From contig NC_042999.1 of assembly GCF_006345805.1 (NCBI RefSeq), positions 7,626,001-7,690,000 on the forward strand: a DNA stretch of 64,000 bases, given 5' to 3'. Source of the DNA: Octopus sinensis (Eukaryota). The position numbers were made by a program, and so were the translations under genes. Below are positions 12,960 to 25,556 of this stretch, piece after piece. The notes under the pieces were generated by a model. The model saw nothing but the letters and a program-made list of their open reading frames with translations. It did no database searches and was not told the DNA's origin. Positions within the stretch are counted from its first letter, which is position 1; every line of letters begins with the position of its first letter.

Positions 12960-13098
12960 ATATATGTGTGTGTGTGTAGTATATATATATATACATATAT
13001 ATATATGTATATATGAAAAAGAAGAATGAAAATGCTACTTTCTTAAAATTTAATCTTCCTTTATATGAATACATTAAAAGAAGAATGTTTTGGTTTTG

Positions 13099-13138
13099 TT
13101 TTAGATGTTTCGGTTTTGGAAAAACTTTATCAAAAATA
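13099..13138 (-). ncRNA. Degenerate C3U/G8A hammerhead (same type as 39397-39444)
   Basis: Minus strand ATATTT-TTGATAA-AGTTTT-tcc-AAAACC-GAAA-CATC-TA-AAAC. Confidence 0.4.
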
Positions 13139-13786
13139 TGTACTAAGATGGAATTGGTAGAGAGAAAAAAGAGCCATTAATAAAATTAAATTAAAATTAG
13201 AATTAACATTCATAGTTTACTTTCCTTTTTCTGCAAGAGCACGTGGTAATTTCCGTTAATTATATATATATATGTGTTGGCTTGTTTCAGTTTCCGTCCA
13301 CCAAATCCCTCAGAAGGTTTTGGTCGGGACGGGCTATAGTAGAAGATATTAATTCAAGGTACTACGCAGTCGAGCTGACCCCAGAACCCTTTCGTTTGTA
13401 AGCAAGCTTCATACTACAGTTCTGTCTGTGTCCATGAATAGAATTTAATATTTTCATAGAAATTTGATATTTTCTTTGTATAGTAAATATTTTATTCAGT
13501 ATTGGAAGGAAAATTATTAAACTGTTATCGTAGAAAAAAGTTCTTTAGATAAAGTAAAACTTACAATATACATCTAATATGATTCTGGATGTAAATAACT
13601 CCTACTTTTTCATGACATGAGGTCGCCCAAGACATATTCAAAATTAACCACTTTTCACATAAGTGAAGTACACAAAAGCATTACAAATATACAATAAACC
13701 CTTACCATATCGCGGTTTATTATTTAAGCCTACGTCTATTCCTCTGTGGTGTTGTTTTACATTTATAATAAAATAAATATATACAA

Positions 13787-14096
13787 CTACGGAGACGTAC
13801 TTGCATAGCAAGTGACTTGATCTGAGATCGTGTGCTGGAACGAAAACAGTTGCAGCGTGGAAGGTGTTCACAAGCCATTTAAGAAACACACTAAAACCGT
13901 TAGATTCACTTCAACATTTAAATTTAATTTGTCGAAATATTTTCGTCGCTTTGAGATGCAGCACGGAATTTTGTCAGGGAACAGGTCGCGGTCTCAAAGC
14001 GATGAAAATATTTTGGCAAATTAAATCTAAATCTTGAAGTGAATCGAACGGATTTTGTGTGTTTCTTAAATGGCTTATGAATACTTTTCCCGCCGC
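13787..14096. mobile_element. Hairpin-shaped hammerhead-bearing insertion with 12-bp TSD
   Basis: 13851-13956 is inverted relative to 13992-14098. AAATATATACAA is duplicated at 13775-13786 and 14097-14108. Confidence 0.75.
13970..14020 (+). ncRNA. Hammerhead-like motif with G3-C8 swapped core
   Basis: TTTGTCA-GGGAACA-G-GTCGC-ggtctcaaa-GCGAT-GAAA-ATAT-TT-TGGCAAA: 7-bp stem I and palindromic stem III. Confidence 0.55.
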
Positions 14097-14715
14097 AAAT
14101 ATATACAAATTATAAAATAAATGAAAATAAATATACACTACAGTACTGTTTCTTCTTCACGGATTTTCACCTATCACGGTGGTTTTTGGAACGTAACAAC
14201 CGCGATTCTCCGAACTAAATACGTTTTGGTTTAATCCCTAAGCATAAGGGCGTGCCGTCGTCATTTTGTCTTTGCTTTTACAATTCGTCAAGAAATATTA
14301 CTAAATTAACCTAAGAATTATGCATCTTTTCATTCTTATGAACGTTATTTTCAGAAAGCGTTCAACTGTTGACTCAAAATGTAAAATAAAGTTACTGCAT
14401 CAGAGTCGAAATTACAATAGTATCACAACCGCCACATCGCTTATTCTGCGGGAGAATAATGGGAAAAACGGCGTCAATAACTTTTAAGTAGATATAATCA
14501 TAGCGAGTCTATGGTTTCCATTCAGATACACGTTATTGCGAATTTCTTGAGAGAACGTGAACGTATATATGTAATATTTAGGTAATCGGATTTCTTCGAC
14601 ATAACTTTTATGTCTGAAATTAAAGAAACAACAGAATAAAACTGATCTTAATTTCGATCATAAAATTTTACGGCTCTTCAGCTAAACTTGGAATGTGATC
14701 TGCTCTGCTAACCAC

Positions 14716-14756
<41 letters not shown>

Positions 14757-14805
14757 TATATATATTCACAAGTGCATACAAACACACAAATATGCATACA
14801 TGTAT

Positions 14806-14838
<33 letters not shown>

Positions 14839-15534
14839 TATATATATATTCACACGTGCATACAAACACACAAATATACATACATGTATACATACATACA
14901 TACATACATACATACATGCATACATACACACACATATACATACACACATACACACAGACACACACACACACCCACACACCCACATATATATATATATATT
15001 TATTCAGGTGTATATATATATATATATTTATAGTACAGATAAATACATACATATTTATATATACATATATACAGAGGGAGAGAGGGAGTGAGGGGCGGGG
15101 AAAGAAACAAAGAAAAAGGAAAGAGGGAAAATAAGAGAAGAGAGACGAGAAAGAATAGTGACGTTGTTACTTCATTTTTTTCTTCCGACGGAAAGATTTC
15201 GACAAAGAACAATGCATTCATCGGACATTGTTACATACGTACGCACACACACACACACACACATGCATACATACATACATACATACATACATACATACAT
15301 ACATACATACATACATACATACATACATACACACATATTTACACACATACATACGTACATACATATATATATATGCACACAAACATACATGTATACATAC
15401 GTACGTACATGCATGCATACATACATACATACATACATACTCAAACACATATATAACTACACACATACATTCGTACATACATACATATAAATGTGTGTGT
15501 GTCTGTGTGTTATGAATGTCTATATATATATATA

Positions 15535-15755
15535 TTTCGTTTTTGGATTTGCTTTGCAAGATTCTTTATATGAGTTCGTGTGTTGAAGCATATTCTGTTG
15601 TGTCTGGTGAGAGTTATTTTCTTTTTGCGCCTTATGATGTAACACACTCACCGAAAATTTTAGGAAAATAAAAATTAGAAAAAAGTGGTCATTTTACCAG
15701 TGAGTGTGTTACATTATAAGGCACAAAAAGAAAATGACTCTCCCCAGAAACAACA
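15535..15755. repeat. Inverted-repeat cassette, same family as 36597-36880
   Basis: 15596-15653 is inverted relative to 15697-15755; contains the HHR 3' half GAAAATTTTAGG. Confidence 0.7.
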
Positions 15756-15770
15756 GTGTATATAAATATA

Positions 15771-15812
<42 letters not shown>

Positions 15813-15815
<3 letters not shown>

Positions 15816-16412
15816 TGGTTGTATACTGTCAATCTAACAAGAACGTGACAGTAGGGGGACACCACCGTTATATAGCCCTAGGAGGCATCGAACGCCTCTG
15901 ACAGCTTCGACACATTTTATCTGTGTCCTTATATACACATACGAAGGGAGACAAACACCCCCAACTGCCGGAACTGCATCTAGGGACACCGTGTTTCAGG
16001 ATCATTGTCCTTCATCGGCCTAGAGTAGCAGACACCGGTCAGCTGGCGATGTCTGTCTCGACTTCGTATCTGTATATATCTATAATCAGTGAAGTCTATT
16101 CACTGATTATCAAAATAAGAAATATTGAGTTTCTAAATCTCTCGTAGAGAGGTGTACGGTGGTGGAGCGATATAATGGTTGTATACTGTCAATCTAACAA
16201 GAACGTGACAGTAGGGGGTACACCACCGTTATGTGTATATAAGGACACAGGATAAAATGTGTCGAAGCTGTCAGGAGGCGTTCGATGCCTCCTAGGGCTA
16301 TATAACGGTGGTGTACCCCTACTGTCACGTTCTTGTTAGATGACAGTATACAACCATTATATCGCTCCACCACCGTACACCTCTCTACGAGAGATTTAGA
16401 AACTCAATATTT

Positions 16413-16416
<4 letters not shown>
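15813..16416 (-). mobile_element. Retrozyme-like 360-bp unit with terminal redundancy and inverted partial copy
   Basis: 15813-15870 recurs at 16173-16231. 16232-16416 is an inverted copy spanning the monomer junction. (TA)n on both sides; contains an HHR. Confidence 0.7.
15979..16024 (-). ncRNA. Type I hammerhead ribozyme, U4C core variant
   Basis: Minus strand TCTAGG-CCGATGA-AGGA-caatga-TCCT-GAAA-CAC-G-GTG-TC-CCTAGA: perfect 6-bp stem I, GUC triplet. Confidence 0.75.
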
Positions 16417-16485
<69 letters not shown>

Positions 16486-16491
16486 TATATT

Positions 16492-16688
16492 TATTGAGGG
16501 TACTACTATTCGTAGATACCAACACGCTAAGAGGGACCAATGCGGTCAAAACCACTAAAAATAAACAAAATTTTACCGAATGCAAAACTTCAAAACACAT
16601 CATTTTAAAAAGAATTCAGTTACATATCACATGACCGCATTGGTCCCTCTTAGCGTGTGGGTATCTACGAATAGTAGTACCCTCAATA
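16492..16688. repeat. 56-bp inverted repeat cassette next to (TA)n
   Basis: TATTGAGGGTACTACTATTCGTAGATACC...CAATGCGGTCA (16492-16547) is inverted at 16632-16688. Confidence 0.8.
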
Positions 16689-16795
16689 TAATATAAATGA
16701 ATATTTTCAAAGAGGAAGAATTTACGGATTTTTTCTCTACGAGGTTTTTCACGCTGACTACTGATAATTTCTTTTAAAGATTTTATCCTCAATTG

Positions 16796-16850
<55 letters not shown>

Positions 16851-17016
16851 TATATATGAGATGAATGTGTGTGTCAATAAATGTAATGATGGTGCAGCAC
16901 GAAAATAGAACTAAAAACATGTTTCCATCCATTTTATTATAATTAATCATCCGAAGTGTAGAATGACACAAAGCTGGGTGTGAGTGGCAAGGCTGGACAC
17001 TGTCTGCATATATGGT

Positions 17017-17433
17017 CTACTCTTTTACTCGTTTATACTCTTTTACTTGTTTCAGTCATTTGACTGCGGCCATGCTGGAGCACCGCCTTTAGTCGAGCAA
17101 CTTGACCCCGGGACTTATTCTTTGTAAGCCCAGTACTTATTCTATCGGCCTCTTTTGCCGAACCGCTAAGTGACGGGGACATAAACACACCAGCATCGGT
17201 TGTCAAGCAATGCTAGGGGGACAAACACAGACACACAAACACAAACACACACATACATATATATATATACGATGGGCTTCTTTCAGTTTCCGTCTACCAA
17301 ATCCACTCACAAGGCTTCGGTTGGCCCGAGGCTATAGCAGAAAACACTTGCCCAAGATGCCACGCAGTGGGACTGAACCCGGAACCATGTGGTTGGTAAG
17401 CAAGCTACTTACCACACAGCCACTCCTGCGCCT
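17017..17433 (-). mobile_element. SINE family A, full length
   Basis: Head GGCGCAGGAGTGGCTGTGTGGTAAG, internal microsatellite and GAGTAAAA-type tail on the minus strand. Confidence 0.9.
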
Positions 17434-17529
17434 ATATGTCTCTTATGTTTTTAATTTTTTAAATGCTTCTCCTGAACAAAGAGCGAATGTCTAATAAAGA
17501 TATAAAGCTCCATCTTCGGAATGTAAATA

Positions 17530-19020
17530 AAAACAATGTCAGATTTTAAACTGGAAAACTATCTTGTATAATTTTACCTTTTCTGCTTCTAGGTTATATT
17601 TCTAATGTGCGAATCGGTTGATTTCTTTTTCTGAAAGCCCTCGCTAATCCCAGATTGTCATATAGGCATTTACACCCAAAACCAAGTTCAACAATTCTAA
17701 CTGGTATAAATGTGAATTTTTAATCTGCATATAGAAGCTGGAGATTTCGAAGCATTTGACCGTGGTTATCCTCTTTCTCATTGATTTTCAAAGACATATT
17801 CATACCACAAGGACTGATGACATCTATGACCGTACATACTTTTTCTTGTCTATCCCCAAACAGCAATATCTGGCCAGGTGTTTTGATAGGAATGCTCCAC
17901 CAGTATTTTTTGCGTTGATGTTTCTATACATATTCAATAACAGCGGGATTCTTTATATTTATTCCAGGACAGTTTTTTTTTCCCGAATGGCATTGTATAT
18001 TTTTTTCGTGACAACGTCATGTCGCATAGGGAGATGGTACCTTGATGAAGGCGGCGAGCTGGCAGAAACGTTAGCACGTCGGGCGAAATGTGTAGCCGTA
18101 TTTCGTCTGCCGCTACGTTGTGAGTTCAAATTCCGTCGAGGTCGACTTTGCCTTTCGTCCTTTCGGGGTCGATTAAATAAGTATCATTTACGCACCCGTT
18201 TGTCTGTCCTTGTTTGTCCTCTCTGTGTTTAGCCCCTTGTGGGCAGTAAAGAAATAGGTATCTTGGTGACCTTTTTCCGCGGTTCCTAATCATATGTGTG
18301 GCGTCTTCCACAGAAATCTAAAATATTCTATATTTTCGCTTTCATCTTGGAGCTCCAAAGGCTTCGCTGTCTCTTTTATTCATTAGTTATTTTGTAGCAG
18401 TCTCCTGTTTAATTTTTTAAATTTCAAATGCTTAGCCTTCAAAGTGTAATGTGATACTGCGGTCATGATTCCAAGAGAATTTTCGCTTTACGTCGATATT
18501 TAATGTCACTTTCAAGTCTTCAGGCAACATACCTATGAATGATCTTCTTATGGCTGAGTATTTCTCCTCCAGGACTTCTTTGAGATATGCTAGTCCGGAT
18601 GATTTTGTGATGACTTGGTAGGTCATCAGGAAAAGAGTATTTCCTGAGGAGCTCGCTGCCAACACGTAAGATATTGTTCTCTTCCCTTTTCAGCACAAAG
18701 TTAATGTATTTATTTTTGGTGCCGTTATTTAGCAAGTACTGTCTGAGAGAGACTATGCGACATTTGAAGACTGTCTCCTCCGATCTGTAACCTCTACGTC
18801 CTCCATCTCTTGTTAAGTAGAGCCTGTCGATATCACTATTTCTATAGAGATTTCCAGTTGATGCTAGTATCTTACGGATTTTAACGTCTATGAAGTGGAT
18901 TTCTTCTAGAGACCAATCAAGTATCCCAAATGTTGAACTCTACATTGGTACTCCAAATGCATTGTGGGATGTTGTCCTATTTTAAGAGGAGAGTTTTGAC
19001 TGTCACACTTTTCTTAGCCT
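17530..19020 (-). pseudogene. R4/Dong-like (RLE clade) non-LTR retrotransposon, 3' half, decayed
   Basis: Minus strand: FGILDWSLEEIHFIDVKIRKILASTGNLYRNSDIDRLYLTRDGGRRG (~18930-18790), EDATHMI (zinc-knuckle region), MRHDVV, PDIAVWG, TVIDVISP, EKEDNH..LRNLQLLY; many stops. Confidence 0.75.
18049..18256 (+). mobile_element. SINE family B nested in the RLE element
   Basis: Family B sequence with a 13-bp imperfect TSD: GGTACCTTGATGA (18036) and GGTATCTTGGTGA (18257). Confidence 0.85.
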
Positions 19021-19172
19021 GGCATAGTGTTCTGTACTTACTCTATCGTTATTCACAGTACCTTCATATGGTACGTTTTCATCCATGCCTAGGTACATGT
19101 AGCATTCATGTGGGACTGGAGAGAGAGAGAGAGACAGATACAGAGAGAGACACAGAGAGAATGAGATCATTG

Positions 19173-19392
19173 ATACTCTTTTACTCTTTCACTTGTTTCA
19201 GTCATTTGACTGTGGCCATGCTGGAGCACCACCTTTTAATCGACAACTCGACCCCGGGACTTATTATTTTGTAAGCCCAGTACTTATTCTATCGGTCTCT
19301 TTTGCCGAACCGCTAAGTAACGGGGACATAAACACACCAGCATCGGTTGTCAGCAATGCTAGGGGACAAACACACACACAAACACACACACG

Positions 19393-19439
<47 letters not shown>

Positions 19440-19638
19440 ATATATATAATATATATAATATATATACATATATATGACGGGCTTCTTTCAGTTTCTGTCT
19501 ACCAAATCCACCCTCAAGGCCTTGGTCGGCCCGAGGCTATAGCAGAAGACACTTGCCCAGGGTGCCACGCAGTGGGACTGAACCCGGAACGATGTGGTTG
19601 GTAGACAAGCCACCTACCACATAGCCACTCCTGCGCCT
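19173..19638 (-). mobile_element. SINE family A, full length
   Basis: Co-linear with 17017-17433. Confidence 0.9.
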
Positions 19639-20278
19639 ATGTGCAAGTTTTGGGTATTAAGGGGCTGATTTTCCCCGTTCAAAAATCAGATACGACTATT
19701 TCTTTTGGTCAAATTCCATTACTATGTCAACTGAAAATGTTGTCAATTCCAGCTGTTTAATGGCCATATTTATATTTTTAGCATAAATCTTAGGGGTCAT
19801 CCTCAAGCTGATTATGGATTACATTAACAATTAGAGACACGAGCAAGTAGCCATTAATATTCTTGTAGTAGGAATAATAATGGATTTAATGCCAAAATGA
19901 AAAGGATTACAGAAAGACTATCTCTTTGAAGTATTCGTTTTGAAATATTTACAACATTGGAAACGATCAGCTCGCAGTTCTAAGTGTAAGAATTATTACC
20001 CAGGGTCTTTGTGAGCCACTCAATAACAGGGTTTAAGCTAGTAGGCACTTTTACCAAATGTAGCTACTTTAGCAGCCATTAACAAGAACGTGCCTTCCTA
20101 TTTTCAAGCCGTATTGCTGCAAGGTCCCTACGATGTGTTTTTTCACTTCACACCCTACAGCTTTGTTTATCAAAAGTTGTTCGGCACATCCCCACATTTT
20201 CTTCTTACCACCGACCGGTCATAGGTCATTATCTTTCTGGAATCATAGCTAATGTTTCTGGCGGGATTGGTGCGTATA

Positions 20279-20314
<36 letters not shown>

Positions 20315-20364
20315 TGTATGTATGTATGTATGTATGTATGTATGTATGTATGTATGTATGCATG

Positions 20365-20617
20365 CTCATCCTGGCGCAGCGCAATCACCACAGGAGCAGG
20401 GACAGCTGAGGAGGGATGGATTCGGTCAGCAGAGCAGAAACGCCAGATGCGGAAAGCCAGAGCCGCCTGCACCAGTAGCACGGCCCCTACCGACTTCTGC
20501 CCCACCTGTGGGAGGGGCTTCCTTGCCCGGATTGGCCTCACCAGCCACCTCCGGTCTCATGGCGGCAGTTCCACCAGATGATGTCAGCGGTCATCTTCGA
20601 ACCCGAAGGACGAACAT
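20365..20617 (+). mobile_element. RTE-clade LINE 3' end with C2H2-like motif and 3' UTR hairpin
   Basis: SWRSAITTG...KRQMRKAR...CPTCGRGFLARIGLTSHLRSH followed by a stop, then GTCATCTTCGAACCCGAAGGAC. Confidence 0.85.
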
Positions 20618-20702
20618 TTATTATTATGTATGCATGTATGTATGCATGTATGTGTGTATAAGTATGTATGCATATATGTATGTATGCATGTGTAAGTATG
20701 AC

Positions 20703-20738
<36 letters not shown>

Positions 20739-20980
20739 TTCTATATTTAAGAGATGAAGAAATATTTACATTATTTACGTTCTTTACATTTGACGGATAT
20801 TTCTCTCCTTTCCGTAACCCTGGATAGAGGCCCACACGGGTACTGTCAGCCGGGACCACTGAACTTGGTACTCTTGTCAGGCAAGGTCATCGCTTCCTGA
20901 AGTAGTGAAGAAATCGCAACCCACTACCTAATATATATATATCTATTATTATATATATATATATATTCTCTCTCTGTGTA

Positions 20981-21018
20981 TCTTTCTGTTGAAGAGCGTA
21001 GGCTCGAAACGTTAAAGA
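20981..21018 (+). ncRNA. Minimal hammerhead motif, A6U core variant
   Basis: TCTTT-CTGTTGA-A-GAGC-gtag-GCTC-GAAA-CG-TT-AAAGA. The downstream 21019-21117 recurs reversed at 48647-48733. Confidence 0.6.
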
Positions 21019-22541
21019 CTTGTTTTATTTATATTTCCTGAGCGCCATACTAATACAATTGTTCGTTTGTCTTCCACCTGCCTTCGTCTTTTGTTTATTT
21101 TCATAAAGCTTCCCGTTATATATATATATATATATATCATAAAAGCCAACGAATGAAAAAACACAAGCACTAGGTTGCACACACACATACACACACACAC
21201 ACACAGACGCGCGCGCACACAAACACACAAACACAGAGTAATGGATAAACACCAATAGCGAGTTGTAACAGTTCTTATCTGAAGATCGCAGTGGCATGAA
21301 ACTCGAATAGCTCCACAAACTCTTAGTTTCCGTTTCATTTATTTAGTGTGTCTGTCAGCATGTGTGTATATGTCTTTGTGTGCGTGTGTGTGTATGTCTT
21401 TGTGTGGGTATATGTTTTTGTTTGTGTGTGTTTGTGTGTGTGCGTGTGTAGGTTATATACCTGGATATTTATAGATTTATATAAAATGCAGCACGAGTCA
21501 AGATGTGTTTGTGTCTGTGTGTCTGTCAGCATGTGTATTTGAAGTTTCATTTATTCATATTCCCTTCGCAAATAAAATGTACTTGTGCTGGAGTTAATGA
21601 GACTTGATTAAAGTATGGTGAATACATTAACCTTAGATATTTCTCTGTACAGTAATGAAATATGTACGACAAATACACGAGTTGATATTAAACAGCGAAT
21701 ATCTTCGTTTCTATCTATGAAATGATATATCCATAGATTTGTCCGTCGTGTTTATTGATTTCGTGTTATTAAGCAGAAAATCATTATTCAGAAAATCGAT
21801 ACGAATGTATTAGCCAAATACAAAATATTACTGGTACTTGCTTTTTTTCATTCTTACTGGAGAGCTGAGACCTAGAGAATCTCAAGTCAGAAGTCACAAG
21901 AGTATAAAAATCGAATGATATATACGAAGGCGTCCAATCGAGCGTTGAACTGTTTCACATCTCTCATAAACCGACATTGTTGAGTGGTATTGATTGCTAG
22001 TGTTAATACACAAGATCAATATTTTACAAAGGATGAGCTAATATCGACTTAACTATATTACTTGTATTTATCTTATCGACCTCGAGAGGATAAAAAGTTA
22101 AATCGACTCCGCAAGGATTTGAACATTAGAAGTGAATATGATCAAAGTACAAAAAACAGTCTGCCGTTTATAGAAATGTTTGTTGTAAATTCGACTAATC
22201 TGTATTCTTCACTATGAGAATATGCCGAATACATTGCTTTGAAAGGAATTTACTGGGTTAGATAATATGGGAATGAATTAGATAAGTGATACGATTTTTG
22301 AATTTGGAACGTTACCATACAACCCAAAAGAAGAACAGTAAGAATACCATAGAGATTGTCGAAATAAATAGGAAAAAAAGGCTTAAATAGCAATGTGCTA
22401 ATCTTTTAAGAATTATATATATATATGCGTGTGTGAGTGTGTGTGCATGTATATATGTATATGTACATCCATTCATCCATACATAGATACACACATACAT
22501 ACATACATACATGCATACATACATACATACATCATACATAT

Positions 22542-22588
<47 letters not shown>

Positions 22589-22624
22589 ATATAATGAAGG
22601 TTTGGAGATGATGTACAGGTATTA

Positions 22625-23765
22625 TATATTAGAAAATTGAGGTAATCAGATCAGATGGTTCATATTTGTAGATATTTATTATATATTACATTTTTACATA
22701 TATATCATATCATTCGGATTAGCGCTTGCTCCCATTCTAGTGGGTTTTCAAATCAAATCAGTTGTGGGTAGTTTGAACCTTTTTATAGTTTCGTAGTAGT
22801 GGGTGAGGAGGAAGTGAGACAGAGAGAAAATATGTGTGTATGTGTGTGTGTGTGTGTGTGTGTGCGTGTGTGTGTGTGTGTGTGCGCATTTATATCTGAG
22901 AGTGAAGAAGTGTTATTTCTGTTGGTCTGCTGGACCCCCTGTGGTTTTATAAGAACTTTGGCCGTCCATTTCAATGTCACTGAGTGTGTGTTGTGCATAG
23001 GTTGGCCTGGCAAATGTCATTTGGGGTCACACTTTCTATGATCATTCTGTGGAGGTGTGTGTGTGTGTGTGTGTGTCTCTGTGTGTCTGTGTGTGTTTTT
23101 GTGTGTGTGTGTGTGTGTGTATGTGTGTGTGTGTGTGTGTGTCTGTGTGTTTGGAGAAGGGGAGAGAGACAAAAAGAGAAAAGGGAAAATAAAAATAATA
23201 ATAATAAAAATAAAAAAAAAAAAAATAAATAAAATAAAATAAAAATAAAAATAAAAACAAAATAAAAATAAAAATAAAAATATAAAGAATAAATAAAATA
23301 TAAAGAATAAAAATAAAAAAATAAAAATAAAAATAAAAATAAGGGAGGAAGTGGAGAAGAAAAAATATTTTTGTGTGTTGATATTTATACCAACACTATA
23401 TATACACACACACAGACTCATACATAAAATATTTGAAAAAACCTTTTTATCGGTTCAAAATGAACAACCAAATATACCATCTTGAAAGTTGTATGTCATA
23501 GGAAAGTTAAAACTAAAGTGACAATTAGAGGGTAAAGATGGAAGTGAATTATAAAGATAATAATATAATATGATGTATATAACAGGCAATACACACATCT
23601 ACACACACACAGACTTTTCCTTCAATGTATGTTGAGTAAAGTTTCAGCCATTTAATTTGGGGGAGAACTTAGCTATGAAATGTTTTTCCATATTCCTCCT
23701 GAAGGGGGTGTCATTCTTCGGACACTTCTTCACTCTCAGATATAAATGCGCACACACACACACAC

Positions 23766-23801
<36 letters not shown>

Positions 23802-24010
23802 ACATATTTTCTCTCTGTCTCACTTCCTCCTCACCCACTACTACGAAACTATAAAAGGTTCAACTACCCACAACTGATTTGATTTGAAAACCCACTAGAA
23901 TGGAGCAAGCGCTAATCCGAATGATATGATATATATGTAAAAAATGTAATATAAATAAATATCTACAAATATGAACCATCTGATCTGATTACCTCAATTT
24001 TTCTAATATA
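22625..24010 (-). mobile_element. Second 5'-truncated Penelope-like element with inverted terminal copy
   Basis: 22625-22913 is inverted relative to 23722-24010. Minus 23644-23724 encodes CPKNDTPFRRNMEKHFIAKFSPKLNG*, similar to the GIY-YIG end at 3620-3705. Confidence 0.75.
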
Positions 24011-24014
24011 TATA

Positions 24015-24060
<46 letters not shown>

Positions 24061-24220
24061 GTATATGTATATATATATATAGGTTCAGCAAACATTTAGA
24101 TTCAGATGAATATGGTACGTAATTTAGTACGGTATTATCCACACAATTTCAAAATAAGTTGATTAGAATAAAAATAAGCAACAAGGATATTACCTGTGGA
24201 TATCCTGGTTTCTTATTTTG

Positions 24221-24294
<74 letters not shown>

Positions 24295-24386
24295 TTTCGT
24301 AATGGGATAAAATAAAGAATGCTGTGTAGATTTTAGAACATTTATAAATAGTTTTACAGCTGTTTCTAGGATATTCATTATATCCC

Positions 24387-24431
<45 letters not shown>

Positions 24432-25487
24432 ATATAATATATATATATATATATATATTATATATGTATGCATGTATGTATATATGTATAATTGCACATA
24501 GATAGATAGATAGATGGATAAATGCATAGATTGACATACAGATACATATGTGTATATATAGATACATACACACATGTATACTTATGCAACCGTACGCATG
24601 TATCTCTCTCTCTCTCTGCATATATATACTTACAGACATTCGTACATATATAGATATACATACATACATTTATATATATACATATATATATGTGTGTGTG
24701 TGTATATATATATACATATATATATATATATAAGGATGTGAAAAATTCCATTACTAATACCAATATATATATATTTAGGTCAATTCAGATTATGGTAAAA
24801 TCCTTGCAGAATGCTGTGCAAAGCTCGTACACAGTTATTGGTCAGCTGATGTTATTGTACATTTGAAATACTCTTGCTACCGGTTATACATGAATCACAG
24901 GTTGATATGATTGTAGTTGATGAATGGCGGTCAGATCGAGTTGTAAACTTGCAGGTGCAAATAAATGATGAATACTGACCAATGCAAGCCTCACAGATTG
25001 TCTTTCAACCGCATGCATAATTTGTCTGCGAGTATGTGGAAATTAATGATCTGTTTGAAGGATTTCACATCGATGCTTATACAAATGTGCATTTGTGTAG
25101 GTTTGTATTTTTACATGCATGTCCGCGCTGCTGTGTCTCTCTTTATGTGTTTACGTATAAATTTGTGAATAAGTAAATTCTAAATCAGAAGCTAAGTTGT
25201 CGTTTTGTCAAGTTATATACAACTCATCATAAAATACATATTTGTTAATATGAGCTCGAAATCAAAAATATAAATAATCCTGTAGTTAGGACATCAAACG
25301 ACTTCTTTCTTCCCTACTGAGAGCAACGTATCAGATGCTTCCATAAAAAAAGATTCTCTGGCAAAGTAAATCACGATTTCTTGTCTACAACTAAATTTAT
25401 ATATTTATATTCTTGTAAAGAAGAAATCGTCGTGATACATACATACATACATACATGCATACATACACAATCATGTATTATATATAT

Positions 25488-25540
<53 letters not shown>

Positions 25541-25556
25541 TAATATATATAATATA

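Larger units (their letters stand above)
13695..14208 (+). mobile_element. Tigger/pogo-like MITE split by an insertion
   Basis: The two halves match the intact copy at 40338-40557; interrupted at AAATATATACAA. Confidence 0.8.

Noticed and set aside
15895-15945. Second HHR in the 360-bp unit (GACACA/TGTGTC-GAAG)
   Set aside because: Lacks G5 and GAAA; only a hairpin is supportable.
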